A stretch of 64,000 bases of DNA from Neocallimastix sp. 'constans' (GCA_050613775.1 JBODTK010000001.1:1860001-1924000), one strand, 5' to 3'. Shown: positions 1 to 14,940, numbered from the stretch's first letter. Program-made: numbers and translations. Notes: a model not told the origin generated them from the sequence alone.

Positions 1-784
1 TAGGAACATAAATATTACCAATAGTGCATTTAATTCCCCAAAAAGAAGTAATGTTGACAGAAATGATATACTTATATTCAAAGGGATCAGGAGAAAATGA
101 ACATGAACGATGTACACTTATACTAAGACCTCTCATACCGGGTATATTTGGATCAGCTTTACGTAAAATTGTATTATAGTGACAAAGAAATGGGTAATTA
201 TTTGAATGTACATTAAGGTATTGGCTATTACCGACCTCTTGCAAGCAAATACAGATGGGTTTAAAAATTTCATTAAAGTATTTAATACCATCACGTTTTT
301 CATCATTCCATCCATTAATATTCCAACTGACACAAAGATTAAAGAACTGAGTAGACGGTGAATAAATATTACTATAAAGAAAATCTTTAGCCATTGATTT
401 AGTTTCAAAAGAAGAAAATTTGTTGTTAAATTTCTTAACTTCACTGAAAGTTCTGATTTTGTCGGTTTGGATCCAATTAATTTTATTGATTGGAAGGCAA
501 TGGGTAAGAAGAAATAAAATATTTAGGTAATAAGTGGGTTTATCATAGTTTATCCTTAAAATGAAGTAATTTTCCATATTAGGTGTGTGTGTTTTTATAA
601 TTTCATGAACTATTTCATTGCAATTGAAAATACGTTTACTAAGAAATTCCCAAAGTTTACTAACAGACCATGATTGAAGATCATGAATAAAGATAAGAAT
701 GAAATCTTTATTCTGAATATCGTATCTTCGAAGACCACGTCGCAAAACAGGTATAGTTGCTGAATTTGAAGAAGTATTATCCAT
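1..784 (-). mobile_element. Non-LTR retrotransposon (LINE) ORF, N-terminal part with APE-type endonuclease; runs off the window edge
   Basis: Hand translation from ATG at 784 is stop-free to position 2: MDNTSSNSATIPVLRRGLRR...LCVSWNINGWNDEKRDGIKYFNEIFKPICICLQEVG...PGMRGLSISVH...KCTIGNIYVP. SWNING, ICLQEV and GNIYVP are the first motifs of the APE/exo-endo-phosphatase domain of LINE ORF2. It is probably missing from the ORF track because no stop codon lies inside the window. Confidence 0.85.
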
Positions 785-1832
785 ATCAAGAAAGCCTAAA
801 AAATAAAATAAAAGAAGAATAAAATAAAAATAATAAAAATAATAAAAAAAAATAGATAAAAAAAATTTTTTTTTTTTTTATATATATATATATATAATAA
901 AATAAATTAAAAAATAAAAGAGAAAGTAAATTCCCTTTAAATAGTAAAAAAAAAAAAAATATTGGTGTTGAATATTTGAAAGCTTGAAATATAAAATTGT
1001 TCTTGATGATTTAATAGATTTTAGATTTTGTAAATAATTGATTTTATCCTGTATAACTGATATAATATTTATAAATTTACTCAAGGGTTAGTAATTTATT
1101 GATACAAAATTACTTGTATATACTGTTAAAATGAATAATTGTTTCTTTTTATCTTTTGACTGATTGTAATTCTTTCAATTAATAAAGCGCTTTAAGATGT
1201 TAAAAATTTTCTGTTGAATAATCATAAATTAGCTAAAAGTATATTTAAAAAGAAAAAATATTAGTAGAGAAAGACTATAAAAAAGATTCCCATCCGTTAA
1301 ATAATGTCTTAAACACAAGCTTTGGAGTGAATCAATCTCCTACATTTCCATTTTACAATAGCTACATGAAAGTATAAATAATACTATAGAAAAATACATA
1401 TACAAAATAATGCTAAAGTAAAAAATACAATAGATTCATTACAATGATAATATGTAGAAACTACATGATATTATTAATTATACAACTCCAATGTTACTAC
1501 ATATCCAGTTTAAAACAATATAAAACATCAGGTTCACTTTCTACAGTCTCCCAGTATTCCAGTTTTCACTCTTCGTACTAGAAGCCACTTTAGAAAGGAT
1601 AACCATCGATTATCATCAGAATCACAGAAAGCTGTAATTAGTACACCTGATATAGGTATTCCTTTTCCATCAACCCTCCATGGACCTGGAAAAACAGTCC
1701 ACATCGATGAGAATTAACAAGACTTCTAACTGTACTATTCCTTTACCATATCGGTACTATGTCGGTACTCATGCTCTTGGTAATGAAATTGTTTTTGTTA
1801 AACCTCTCAAAAAGTATTATAAGTTTTAAATC

Positions 1833-1873
<41 letters not shown>

Positions 1874-2815
1874 ATAATCTCTAAAGATAAAAATTTTAAG
1901 AATTCCTATAACATTTATATTTTATAATTTTTTTTTTTAACGGCAGCAAACTTTTTTCATCTTATTCAAAAATTCTCATAGCTTTATATTTTATATTTTA
2001 TAATATCTAAAAATTTTATAAACTTTAAAAAAATAATAAAACTTTCAAAAGTAATTAGAACGTTATATTTTACAATTACTAAATAAAATAAAATAAAAAA
2101 AAAAAAAGAAAAAAAAAAAAAAAAAAAAAAAATTATAAACAACTTCTTTAGATTAATAAAAAAAAAAATAATAATAAAAATTATATTTTCAACACTAAAT
2201 AATTTCACATCTTCAAAAACAATAGAAAAAAAATTTCTATTTTTTTTTTTTTTTTTTAATTATAGAATTTATTTAGTAATATTAAATTAAATTTATGATG
2301 ATGAATTGAAAAAATGTATATATTAATAATTTTTTTTTTTTTTTTTTAAATTAATTTAGAAAATTATTTATATTATGAGTAAATATAAATAGATGACGAT
2401 AAAATACTCTATTTATCATAATAATTTTCCTTTTTTTGTGTTATTTAAATAATTTTATATCTATAAAACTATTTCTTTTTCTTTTTTTTTTTTTTTTTCT
2501 TTTTTTTTTTTTTATAAAATAATTTAAAAAAAAAAAATTTTAAAAAAAAAAAAAGATGAAAAATATGAATTCTTATTAAATTTTTAATTATTCTATATAT
2601 AAACTTTAAATTTCAAATGAAATTTAAATTTTTTTTATAAATTACTATCATTACTAAAAAAAATATATATATATTATTTTGAAAAATAATAATATAATTT
2701 TTTTTTTGTTTGTTTGTTTGTCATTTATGAAATTCATATATGGATCTTTTATCTATTTTATTTAATTGATCCATTTTTTTTAAAAAAAAAAAAAAGACTA
2801 TTTCATTCACTATAT

Positions 2816-4360
2816 CTATGATTCAACTGGAGAAATATATGAATTACAAACACCATTATTCATTTGCTTTTGATTTGGATAAAGATAATAACAATTATTT
2901 GAGTTTTGATTATTATTAAAATTTGGAGTAGTATTATTATTATTTATTTGATTGGTTGAATTATTATAAGAAGGTGTTGATACATTAGTATTCATATTTA
3001 TTGCATTAATACCTTGATCATTACCAACGACATTCGTTGAAGTCCAATTAACTGGAGTTGAATTTCCAACGGCATTATTATTTTCCTTTGAAACTGGAGA
3101 TAATGGTTCATTATTTTGATAAACATTTTGTTGTTGATTATTTACCATACCTTGTTGATATTGTCCATTATTTTGATTCATATATTGAGAATTATTATTT
3201 TGTTGTTGATTATTACTTGGATTAGCGTTATTTGCTGTAGTAGTAGCAGTATTATTGACATAGTTGTATGAAGACATTTGCTTGTTATTATTCAATGGTG
3301 GAGATGGTAAATTTCTTGGTGAAATGTTTTGCATTTGTCCAGACATTGGTTGTTGAGTTTGATTGTAAACATTAGATCCAGAAGTCGTAACAGCTAAACC
3401 ATTATTATTTTGTTGAACAATGGTCGCTGAAGAATTTGCTGTATTAAGATCTGCTCCAGTAGTTAATGGATAATTATTAGATTGTTGTTGTTGTGGTTGT
3501 TGAGTTTGTTGTTGGTCAACAATTCCAATTTGCTGGTTAACTATTCCTACATTTTGAGTTTGGTTTGGTGGTGGCATGTTATTATTAGAATAATTCATTG
3601 GATTAACAATTTGTTGAATTTGTTGTCCATTATTTTGCTTTGAGACTATTTGAGATCCTTGTGGATATTGAACATACATTTGTTGTTGATTATAGTTTGA
3701 AGAATTTGTGTTGTTAACCATAATTTGTTGTTCTTGAATCTGTTGTTCTTGAATTGGTTGAACATGAGTTACTTGTTGTTGACCCATATATACATTTTGA
3801 TTTTGATAAGTCATATTATTAGTTTGAGCTTGTGGTTGTAAAGAGTTAGCAGCATAACCATTATTTTGAGAATATTGATTCATTGGACCTGTAGTAGCAG
3901 AATATTGATTTGATCCATTCATCATTGGTTGGTAATTTTGATTCATTGGTGGATATCCAACAGAATAACTTGCTCTTCTTGAAACACTATCCATACCATC
4001 TTGGACATAATAATTGTTATCACGATCATAAAGATGAAGACTTAATCTTCTATTTCTATCAAAAATATAACTATTTTGAGCTTCAGAAGCATCTCTCTTA
4101 AGCTTAGCACGACGGTTTTGGAACCAAATTTGAACAGCTCTTGAAGACATATCTAATTGTTGTGCTAAACGACTTCTTAAAGCTGCATTTGGTTTTTGAG
4201 TTTGTTCAAAAATTTCAGCTAAAATTCTAGTCTCATCTGGTGAAAGTCTTCTTCTTCTTTTAACTTCCTTTGTACCTGTTGGTGCTTCTTCTGGGATAGC
4301 ATCATCACGTGGGATGGTGTTATCAACCAATTTTTCATTCTTATTATTTGTATCAGTCAT
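2816..4360 (-). CDS. Homeodomain transcription factor (514 aa, intronless) with long Q/N-rich C-terminal region
   Basis: N-terminal homeodomain KRRRRLSPDETRILAEIFEQTQKPNAALRSRLAQQLDMSSRAVQIWFQNRRAKLKR (~4085-4264) with the WFQNRR helix-3 signature; elevated GC relative to flanks. Confidence 0.93.
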   Translation of the reverse strand: MTDTNNKNEKLVDNTIPRDDAIPEEAPTGTKEVKRRRRLSPDETRILAEIFEQTQKPNAALRSRLAQQLDMSSRAVQIWFQNRRAKLKRDASEAQNSYIFDRNRRLSLHLYDRDNNYYVQDGMDSVSRRASYSVGYPPMNQNYQPMMNGSNQYSATTGPMNQYSQNNGYAANSLQPQAQTNNMTYQNQNVYMGQQQVTHVQPIQEQQIQEQQIMVNNTNSSNYNQQQMYVQYPQGSQIVSKQNNGQQIQQIVNPMNYSNNNMPPPNQTQNVGIVNQQIGIVDQQQTQQPQQQQSNNYPLTTGADLNTANSSATIVQQNNNGLAVTTSGSNVYNQTQQPMSGQMQNISPRNLPSPPLNNNKQMSSYNYVNNTATTTANNANPSNNQQQNNNSQYMNQNNGQYQQGMVNNQQQNVYQNNEPLSPVSKENNNAVGNSTPVNWTSTNVVGNDQGINAINMNTNVSTPSYNNSTNQINNNNTTPNFNNNQNSNNCYYLYPNQKQMNNGVCNSYISPVES

Positions 4361-4921
4361 TTTACTAATAATTATATTAATTAAAATATAATAAAATATT
4401 TATATTATTAATTTACCCTTTTTTTACAATACAAAACTTTTCTTATATAATAAAATATTTATATAAAAAATAAGAATTTTACCTATTTTATTTCTTTTTA
4501 TTTTATTTAAATTTCAAATATTTTATATACTTTTTTATTATACAATTATTTCTATTATGTTATTTTTAAAAATTATATGTTTATAGTAAGTCTTTTATTT
4601 TATTTTATTTTACTTAATAGAACTCTTATTAGTAAAAAAAAATAAAATTATTTTTTAATTTCTTTTCTTTTTTTTAAAGAATAAAATAATTTAATAAAAT
4701 TAATTCTACTTTCTAAAAAAAAAAAAGAAAAAAATCTATATAGTCGATTATTAATAAAATAAAAAATACTGTTTATGGTGAAGTAAAATAAAATAAAATA
4801 ATACAATAAATAATAATTTTTTTTTTTTTTTAATACTTTTATATTAACTTTTTAATATTTTTATATTAAATATATTACAAAATTTAATTTAATTTTTAAA
4901 CCAAAAAAAATTAAAAAAATG

Positions 4922-4952
<31 letters not shown>

Positions 4953-7576
4953 TTTATATTTAAATATGAAAATTTTTTATTATAAATGTTAAAAATGTTT
5001 AAATATATTAATAATTTTTATTTAATAAAGTTAATTCTATAATTAAATAATTAAATTTATTATTGCAATTATTAATATATAGAATATAAATAATAGCATT
5101 TATTATGTAAATACTCAATATATTAAATAAATAAAATTAAATACAAACCTTTTTTATTATTAAATTTTAATTTATATAGGTAATATTAAAGCCGTTTAGT
5201 AATAAATAATGAAAATATATTATTATATATAATAATATACAAATAATAATTATTAATATTATCCTTCAAATTTTAATTATTGATGAATATAATAATAGTT
5301 AAATGAAATTTATATGCTTTAATTTAATAATATATGTACTTATAAATTATGAATATAAAGGATAATTTTATTTTATTTATTATAATTTATTAGATAATGA
5401 ATTTTATTTCTATATAATCAGCACATACCGGTAATATTATTTTCATTATATTCTAATATATGTAATTCAATTTAATTAATAAATCAATATATGTAAAGTA
5501 GTCATTTTTAATAAAAGAAATTAATACGACGTTATAAAGTATTAAAATGGAAATAATTTTTAATTTTTTTTTGTTTTTATTATTTTTAATAATTTTAAAT
5601 ATAGAAATTATAAATTAATATATTGCATGGAATTTAATATATTAATTATTTAATTTATTATAAACTAATATAAAAAAATTTAATTCTTAATTTATTTAAT
5701 TTAATATAATACAATAAATTTGATAAAAAAAATTTTTTAATTAACTTATAAATTAATTTATATTATTTATATTGATAAAATTAGAAAAATAAATTAAAAA
5801 TCAATTAGTTCTAGATATATAATAATATTCAATATAATGCAATATATTTAATTAATAAATAGTATTTAATTTTTAATTTATTATATTATGTTATTTTAAT
5901 ATACCTCGAGATATATTATTTTTTTATTAAATGATAAATATAAATAGATTTATATTAAATTAAATAAATGAATTTAAAATTAAATAAAAATTAATATATT
6001 GTTGATTTATCATTTTATTATTAATTATACTTAATTTAACTTTTCAATTAAATATTAAAAAAATCACAATGAAAAAATTTTTTTTATATTGTTAAATTTA
6101 TTATAAAGAATACAATTTTTTTTTTTAAGATAAATTCCAATCTTTATATGATTTGTTATTTTTTTTTTTTTATCTTAATTTTATTATATTTTATTATTAT
6201 TATTATTATAATTATTAATTATTATGATTATTTATTATTATTTATTATTATTTATTATTATTATTTATTATTATTATTATTACTTTTTTAAAATTTCTTT
6301 TTATTATTTATTTGTTTTTATGTTTTTTTTGTTTTTTGTTTTTTATTAAATATCACAATAAAAGATTTAAATGAAATTAATAATTACTATTAATAAATTA
6401 TATTAATAAATATTAATATAATAATTATTAAAAAATAAATATAATAATAATAAAAAACATTTAATTTATAAAGATTAAAGAAAAATATGTATTAACAACT
6501 ATTTTGTTTAATTCTTCATAATAATGAAATTAAAAAAAAAAAAAAAAAAAAAAACTTTTATAAAGATTTTAATTCCTTTTTAACTCCACTATAATAATAT
6601 TATCAAAAAAAAAAAAAAAGTTGAATTATTTCAAGGGAAAAAGAATAAATTTATTGTTATAGAACATTAATTTATATATATAGCAATTTATTATAATATA
6701 TTTTAAAAAAAATTTGAAATAGATTTCAAAATTATTAACAATGAGAATTTCATTGTACAATTAAAAAAAATAAAAATTATTTATCATTAATAATACAATA
6801 ATATCATAATAAATAACATAAATATTTATTATTTATTTTTTAGTTTTTATTATTTATTATTTATTATTTATTATTTATTTTTTATTATTTATTATTTATT
6901 ATTTATTATTTATTATTTATTATTTATTATTTATTATTTATTATATGTTATTTATTATTATTTTTGATTATAAATTGACCATTGTTAATATTGAATTAAC
7001 TATTACTATTTTTATTATAAATATTATTTGTATTTCTGTATTGTATTTATATTACAAAAAAAAATTTATTATTACTATTATTATTATTATTATACTATTT
7101 TTATATAATATTATTATTACTATTATTCTAAATTGTTACTAAAACTATTTTACTATTAGTCATTAAATTATTCATAAAAATTTTTCTGTTGAAATTTCTA
7201 ATACATAAAATAAATATTTAACCTTAATATCATTATATATAATGTAAAAAGCATAGTCTCATCAATGCCATATGGTAAAACTATTTATAATTCGAAGTAT
7301 ACATAAAAAATATAATAATTATATATAATTTAAATTAATAAATAATAATATTAATCCAGAATATAAGTATTAGCAAGCATATTTATAATATTATTATAAT
7401 ATTATAAATTAAATATTTAACCAAACATAAAATATATTTTAGAAAATAGAATTAGAATAAAATACTTTTAATCATTTAAAGCATACTATAGCTTTATAAA
7501 TAATGATAAAAAATATAAAATAAAAGATTGTACCAATTTTTCTTTAATTATTATATATTTATTATATAATAATATA

Positions 7577-7608
<32 letters not shown>

Positions 7609-8967
7609 GATTATTAATTTATAATATTGTTTAAGTGATTAAATAATTCATTTATTCTTTTTATAAAAATTATCAATATAGTGATAATATATAGATAATT
7701 TATTCATATGTTTTATAATAAATATAAATATAATGTACTTTAATGATTTAGGCTCAGTAAATAAATTATATTTATATATATTTACAATATATTTACAATA
7801 TATATTAATTTATAATTTTTTTCTCAAATTAATTTATGATAGTAAATCTTATTTATTACTGATTACATGGCACAATTAAATAAAACCGTGGATTTATATT
7901 ATATATATATATTTTTTTTTTCTAATTTCTTTTTATAAAATAATTATTTTAATATATTTAAGTATTTTAAACATACCATTTATTGTAATTTTTAATTATA
8001 TTAAATTTAATATACAAACTATAATTATCTAATTTATTTTTAATATATTGTGGATATATATTTTAATATTGTAATTTATTTACTAATTTTTGTAATATAA
8101 ATTTAATATATATAGGACATATATTAATATTAATTTAATTAATTTAATATTATTTTATTAATTTATATATTTTCAAAAGTAAAATATTAAATTAATTTAG
8201 AATAATTCAATTTAATAAAATAATAAAGTAAAAAAAAAAAAAAAAAAAAGCTTTTTAATAATATAACTTTTATATGTACTAAAGATATATATATATTTTT
8301 AATATAAATTAAATATGATAGAGCTTATTAATATTTATTTCTTTATATATTTGATTTATTAATATGCTGTATTTCTAGTAATAATCTTAATCTTATATAA
8401 CATCTATAAAAATAAAAATTTTATTTTATAAAATTAATGATATTAATACTTTATTTTAAAAATTAAATATTATATTAACGATTTAATATATAGATATATT
8501 AAAATATATAAATTATTATAAATTGAAAATAAATTAAATATTTATTTATTTAAAAATTTTATATTTTATTAACTTAAAAATATCTATATACATAATAAAT
8601 ATTTAATATCTATTAATATTAATTTTTTTTTTTTTTTTATAAATTAGTTGTCATTTATGAAAAGTAACCATGATTTTTTATAATAATAAAATATTAAAAA
8701 AATATAAATTTTATGGCAAATTTTTATTCATCACTATATAAACTATTAAAGTATAATAGATTATTAAATAATACATATCATCATTCTTTTTTTTTTGGGG
8801 AATATAATAAAAAAATTTTTAATTAAAATTATGTAAATAATAATAATTATGTATTTTATTTTATTTTATTTAATTTAATTTAAACTAATTATTTTATATT
8901 AATTTTTTATTCTTGAATTATTTGATTTTTATAGAATTTTAGGAAATCATTACAAAATTTTCCAAAC

Positions 8968-9149
8968 AATTTTTTTTTCGATGATTTTAAACCTGAAATT
9001 TTGATTTTATTTCCAATATTTCATATAGGATCAAATATTTCTATAATTTAATAAAAATACAAAAAAAAAAGTTTAGAAATATTTAATCCTATATGAAATA
9101 TTGGAAATAAAATCAAAATTTCAGGTTTAAAATCATCGAAAAAAAAATT
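8968..9149. repeat. Long inverted repeat (foldback), ~76 bp arms with ~30 bp spacer
   Basis: 8968-9043 (..ttcgatgattttaaacctgaaattttgattttatttccaatatttcatataggat..) is the near-perfect reverse complement of 9074-9149. Confidence 0.9.
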
Positions 9150-12100
9150 AACTAATTATTTAAATAAAAAATTAAAACAAAAATTAAAAAAAAATATTAT
9201 GTTAAATGATAAGATAAAAAAAAAATAATAAAATTAATAAAATTAAAATATAATAAAATATAATAAAATTAAAATATAATTAAAATATAATAATATATAA
9301 TAATATATAATTAAAATATATATATATAATTTTATAATAATTAATTTATTAAATTGATTTAAAATTTTTAAGCATATAAAATATTTTAATTATTTTATTC
9401 TTATTCCTTTCATTTAACCTATTTAAAAAAAAATCTTTTTTTTTGTTTTTTTTAATATAAATTTTTCCAAATAAAAAATTTTCAATTTTTATTTTAATTG
9501 AAATTGTGAATAACTTTTCCCATCTAAAATTTTATATAATAATTAAAGTTCAATAATAAAGTTTTTTTTTTAAAAAATAAGATTATTATTTTTTCCCGTT
9601 CTAATATAAAAAAAATTAGAAAACAAAAAATTTTAATAAATAATATAACCTTATTTCTAATTGAAATTATTTTAACCTTTTCTTTTTATTATTTTATAAT
9701 AAAATTAATTTCATTTTATTACATTTTTATAATAATGAAATAAATATATTTTATAATATAAAAATAATAATTATATGATAATAATTATATTAATAATCTC
9801 ACATTATTATAAATAAATAATAGAATATTATAAATAGTGATAGCAAATAAAATTATCAATAGGTTATAAGGATTATATATTTTTTTTCTATACAATATTA
9901 AAAGAAATAACAAAAAAAAATTTTTTCCAAATAAATGGAATTGAAATATATAATATATATATATTCTTTTTTTTTTTAAATAATGAACTAATATATACTC
10001 ATTTACCATTTATCCTATTAATCATATATAGTTAATAGGATAAATATCAAATAAATATATATTATGAACTTATTTAATGCTCAATAATATTATATTAAGC
10101 TTTAAATAAGACATCAATAAAATTTTTAAAATAAAAAAAAAAAAAGATTTAAAAAAATTTTTTTGAAATAGTATTAATGGTCGGCATTCTCTTTTCATTT
10201 ATAGAGTATTAAGCATTAAAGTTTAAAATTTTACTCTATATTTTATAAAAACAAATTTTAATAAACATAAGCCATATAAATTATTTTTTAAATGGTAATT
10301 CAATCTAAAATAACAATGGGGTTTATTAGTTTTATATATATATATATATTTTTTATTTAAACGATGTTTCTTTATTTTACAATTTATATAGTGCATATTA
10401 AATTTTTCTAAACATGATTAAAAGATTTTATTAAACATTTATTAGTTATTTTATTTACAATTAGTTATAAAAACTATAATTTCAAGTAAATAATTTTTTT
10501 TTTTATTTTATATTTATATTTTTACTATCATAATAAATAATATTAAATTTTGCCATAAATTTTTAAAATTTTTAATTATTAATTTATATTTATTTAAAGC
10601 TTTTATTAAAAAAAATAATAATACTACAAATAATAATAAAAACAAAACTTTATTTTAAACAAATATATTAATTATTAATAAAACTTTTTTTTTAATATGG
10701 AATTTTATTTAAATAAAAGATAAAGAATTTTTTTTTTTTTTTTTGTATATATTTATTTATATTAAATTCTTTTTTATCTACATAAATATTAAAAATATGA
10801 TATTTAAATATTAAACATGAATTTTAATTCTTAGTTAATAAATTAAAAATCAATTTTTTTTTTTTTTATTTATATATAAGTTACATGAATAATATTTATA
10901 TTAATTCATATAGCTAACCAAATAAAATAAAATTAAAATTAAAAATTAAAAATAGAAGAAACAAAAAATATAATTTTTTTATTTAATAAAATATTAATAA
11001 ATAAAATAAATAAAATTATTAAAAAATATTTAGATATAATGTATATAAATAAATAAATAAATATAAAATTAAAATAAAATATTTTTATTAAAAACAGTAT
11101 AAAAAATTTTTTAATCATCTATATTTAGTAACCATTTACCTTAAATTATTATAAATTGTTAAAAGAAAAAAAAAAAAAAAAAAAAGTTATTTAAAATACA
11201 ACAAATTAATTTAATTTATCCTATATTAAAAATGAACTGAGAGGCACTTGGAATTTTTATTTTTAAGTTTTTTTAGATAATTAAATACGAAATAATCTAA
11301 ATATTCAAAAATTCTAATATGTGTTTAATAATATATTTATAAAAACTTATGATTATATTTTTTTTTGAATTGAATTACTAGTAACAAATTGATTAATTCT
11401 GTAGCTAAAATAATAATAATAATAGTAACAATAAATGTAAACTAAAATAAACATTACCAACCAACTTCAGAATAATAATTATTATGACATTAATAAAAAT
11501 AATTACAATAATAGTAACAAAATATATTAGTAATAAGAATACATAGCAATTATAAAACAATAATTATAAATATTAAAAAAAATAATTATAAATATTAAAA
11601 TAAAAAATAATTATAAATATTAAAAAAAAAAATAATAAATAAAATCATTTAAAATCATTTAATAATAATTATTAATAACATCAATTATATAAAAAAGAAA
11701 ATATTTAAAGTTTTAAAGTATTATTGTTAAATTTTAAAATTATATTAATATTTTTTTTTCTAAATTATATAATTTAGAAAGTATTTAAAACAAAATTTTA
11801 AGAAAAAAAAATAATAATCTTTTAATATATTATATTTGGTAATTAATAATTAATTTTTTAATTTTTAGCTATCAGTTATATATAAATAATTAATAATATT
11901 TTTATTAATTAATTATTATAATAATAAAAATAATAATATAAATATATTTTTTAAATAATAATATAAGCTAATTCTTATATTAAGAATAATATAAGAATTA
12001 GTAGGTTAAAAATATAAGCTAAATAAAGCTAACCTTTAATACTAAATTAAAAAAAAAAAAAAAGATCCAGCAGTTTTTTTTTTTTTTTAATAATTTATAA

Positions 12101-12625
12101 TAATTTTAATTTATGACCAAATAAATTAATTTAGATTACTCTTAAATATTATTCAGTATAAATATGTAATATATATTGATATATTGTTTGATAATATAGA
12201 TAATATTTCATATTATTAATATATAATATATAATTACATATAATAATCAATATAGTTTTATAAATAATTTATAATGTTTACATAAATATTAATAAAATAT
12301 TTAATATTTTTCAAGTAAAAAAAAAAAAGGTTTATTAAGGTCACACAATTTTAAATAGAAATAAATATTTAGAAATAAATAGTTAATAGGATATATTACT
12401 ACAAAATTAACTCTAACTATCGATCTAAATTTAATTTATTTATTATTTATCCTAATTATTATATTAAATAATTAAATTATAATTAATAATTTATTTATAA
12501 TTTATCTAATTTTTAATTAAAATGATATATTAGTTTTTTTTTTTTTTTTTTCTAAATAAAAAATTAATAATAAATTTCTTAGTCGTTAATATATATATAT
12601 TTTATTTTATTTTTTCTTTTTTTAA

Positions 12626-12981
12626 ACTGGAGGACAAATAGTCACTCAATCTCCTTTAAACATAGTAGATTCTTTGCCATATCGTTTCGGTGTCTTCGAC
12701 GCAATTTTCTCTCTAAACTAATATAAAAAGACTTTCCCTATACCGTTTTATTCGATGGGCTTCTTATCAATGATGTATTGAACCATTATCGAGGAAAGAA
12801 CAATTACACTAATTCTATCATAAAGAGAGTGCTCTCTTCACTAACAACTATATAGTCTAGCAACAGGAATAAATTTACCATGGCAAGGGAAAAAGCCCTA
12901 ATGGGAGATAATTGTCCCATATAAATTCAGGAAATAGTTATGGTGTCGATCCAGAAACCACTAGTATAAAAATTGGAAGGA
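12626..12981. other. Isolated GC-richer non-coding island, probably a decayed repeat fragment
   Basis: About 350 bp of complex sequence within a near-pure AT desert, with a T-rich tract on its left; no ORF in the track and no motif recognised. Confidence 0.35.
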
Positions 12982-13944
12982 TATAATGTAAATTAAATAA
13001 AATAAAACGGTTAAATTTTATTTGTTAAAAGCTTATTTGTTATAATTTGTTATTATTAGATATTTATTTATTATATATAATTAAAAATATATATTCTTTT
13101 TTTCTGTAAATAAAGAAGCAACTATTAAATTAGTCCCCTTTAGTTTAATTAATGATATGTTTCTTTAAAATATTCAAGTCCTCATCTTTAATTGTTTTTT
13201 TTTGTCATAATGTCAAATATATCTTTAGTTATTTTTTGTCTGTCACGTCACAATAATGATTACAAAAATATTCATTTTCTTTATTTTATATATATATATA
13301 TTTAATAATTAACATATAATATATAATATAATTGATTAAATAATAAATAAAAAATTTGAATAGTTTATCATGATATTGATGAAAAATTCTAGTTATATCT
13401 TCATTGTATCACATTAAGGTAGTCTCCATTATTCTAAATATTTAGATTAATATATATAAATAAATATTAATTATTTAATCAATAAACAAAATTAAATATA
13501 AACTTTATTATTAAAAATATTATTAAATTTTTTTTTTTTTTAAACATTAAATTCATTATATTCATTATATTCATTATATTCTAAAAAATAAAAATAAAAA
13601 TAAGTAATTATATTGTTTTTGTATAATTTAACAAGAATAATTTCCTTATATAGATGAAACAAAAAGAAAATCAAATATGAAGTTTTGAGTTTTCATTAAT
13701 TTTCATTTCTTTTTTTTTAAAAAAAAAAAATTATATTAATATTAAATAATTTATTTATTTATTTATTAATAATATATTTAACTATATTAATATACATATT
13801 ATAAGTAATATATGTAGTAATATAAATAATATTTAAAATATTTAATAATATATATTATTTATAAAATAAATGAATCATTTCTATATACCATTCAATAGAG
13901 CTCAATTTATATTAGAAAAAAAAAAAAGAATCAAACTTTATAAT

Positions 13945-13981
<37 letters not shown>

Positions 13982-14789
13982 ATACTTTTATAATTGTTTA
14001 GAAAAAAAAAATTAGAACAAAAAAAGCACAATTTTTATATATAAAAATCATAATAATAATAATTATGAATTTTAATTTTAATACAAATATAACATAGGGA
14101 ACAAAGTGAATTTATTATAATTTATGACTATAAAAAAAAATGAATAAAATAAAGTTTTAATAATGACAAATTTATTTATAAGTTGTTTTAAAAATGTTTA
14201 AAACTTTTAGTAAAAATTTCATCATTAAATAGTAAATAATGATAGTAGTTTTATTTAAAAAAAAAAAATAAATAAAAATAAAAATAAAAAAAAAAGATAG
14301 TAGAAAAAAAAAATAAAAAATAAAAAATAAAAAATAAGGAAAAAAATATAGTCTTTCAACAATAATTAATTATATTTTTTTTAAAAAATATAATATATAT
14401 ATATTAATTTTATTATATTTTTTTTTTATTATTATTTTTTCCTGAATATATTAATTAAAATAATTTATCAATATATTATTATTATTTTCAATTTTTAATT
14501 AATATTTATTACTTTTTTTTTTTTTATGTTTTTTGAATGGGCTATTCTATACAATGATCATTTATTATTAACAAATAAACTTTTACCTACTTTTTTTTTT
14601 CTAAGCAATTTATTAAAAATAATTTTATTTAATAATAAATAAATTAAAATAATAATAATTTCTATAGTCTATAATATTTAATATAAAATATTGATCAACT
14701 TTTTATTACTTTTATTCTTTTAGAATATGCACAATTTTATAATTTTATAATTCATATTTTTTTAAAAAAAAAAAAAAGTTTGTATTTCT

Positions 14790-14940
14790 TTTTTTGTATT
14801 TAAAATATATTTAATCAATTATGTACTTAAAAATATTAATATTATTATACATTTTAAGCCTTTTATTTTTTTTTTGTATTTAAAATATATTTAATCAATT
14901 ATGTACTTAAGAATATTATTAATACTATACATTTTAAGCA
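14790..14940. repeat. ~70 bp direct tandem duplication
   Basis: ttttgtatttaaaatatatttaatcaattatgtacttaa...tatacattttaagc occurs twice in succession with few differences. Confidence 0.85.

Noticed and set aside
133..444. 103-aa ORF in the track
   Set aside because: It is an alternative frame overlapping the LINE endonuclease ORF on the same strand.
2816..4360. Mating-type HD locus
   Set aside because: There is no partner homeodomain gene or other mating-locus context, so a generic homeobox call is all the sequence supports.
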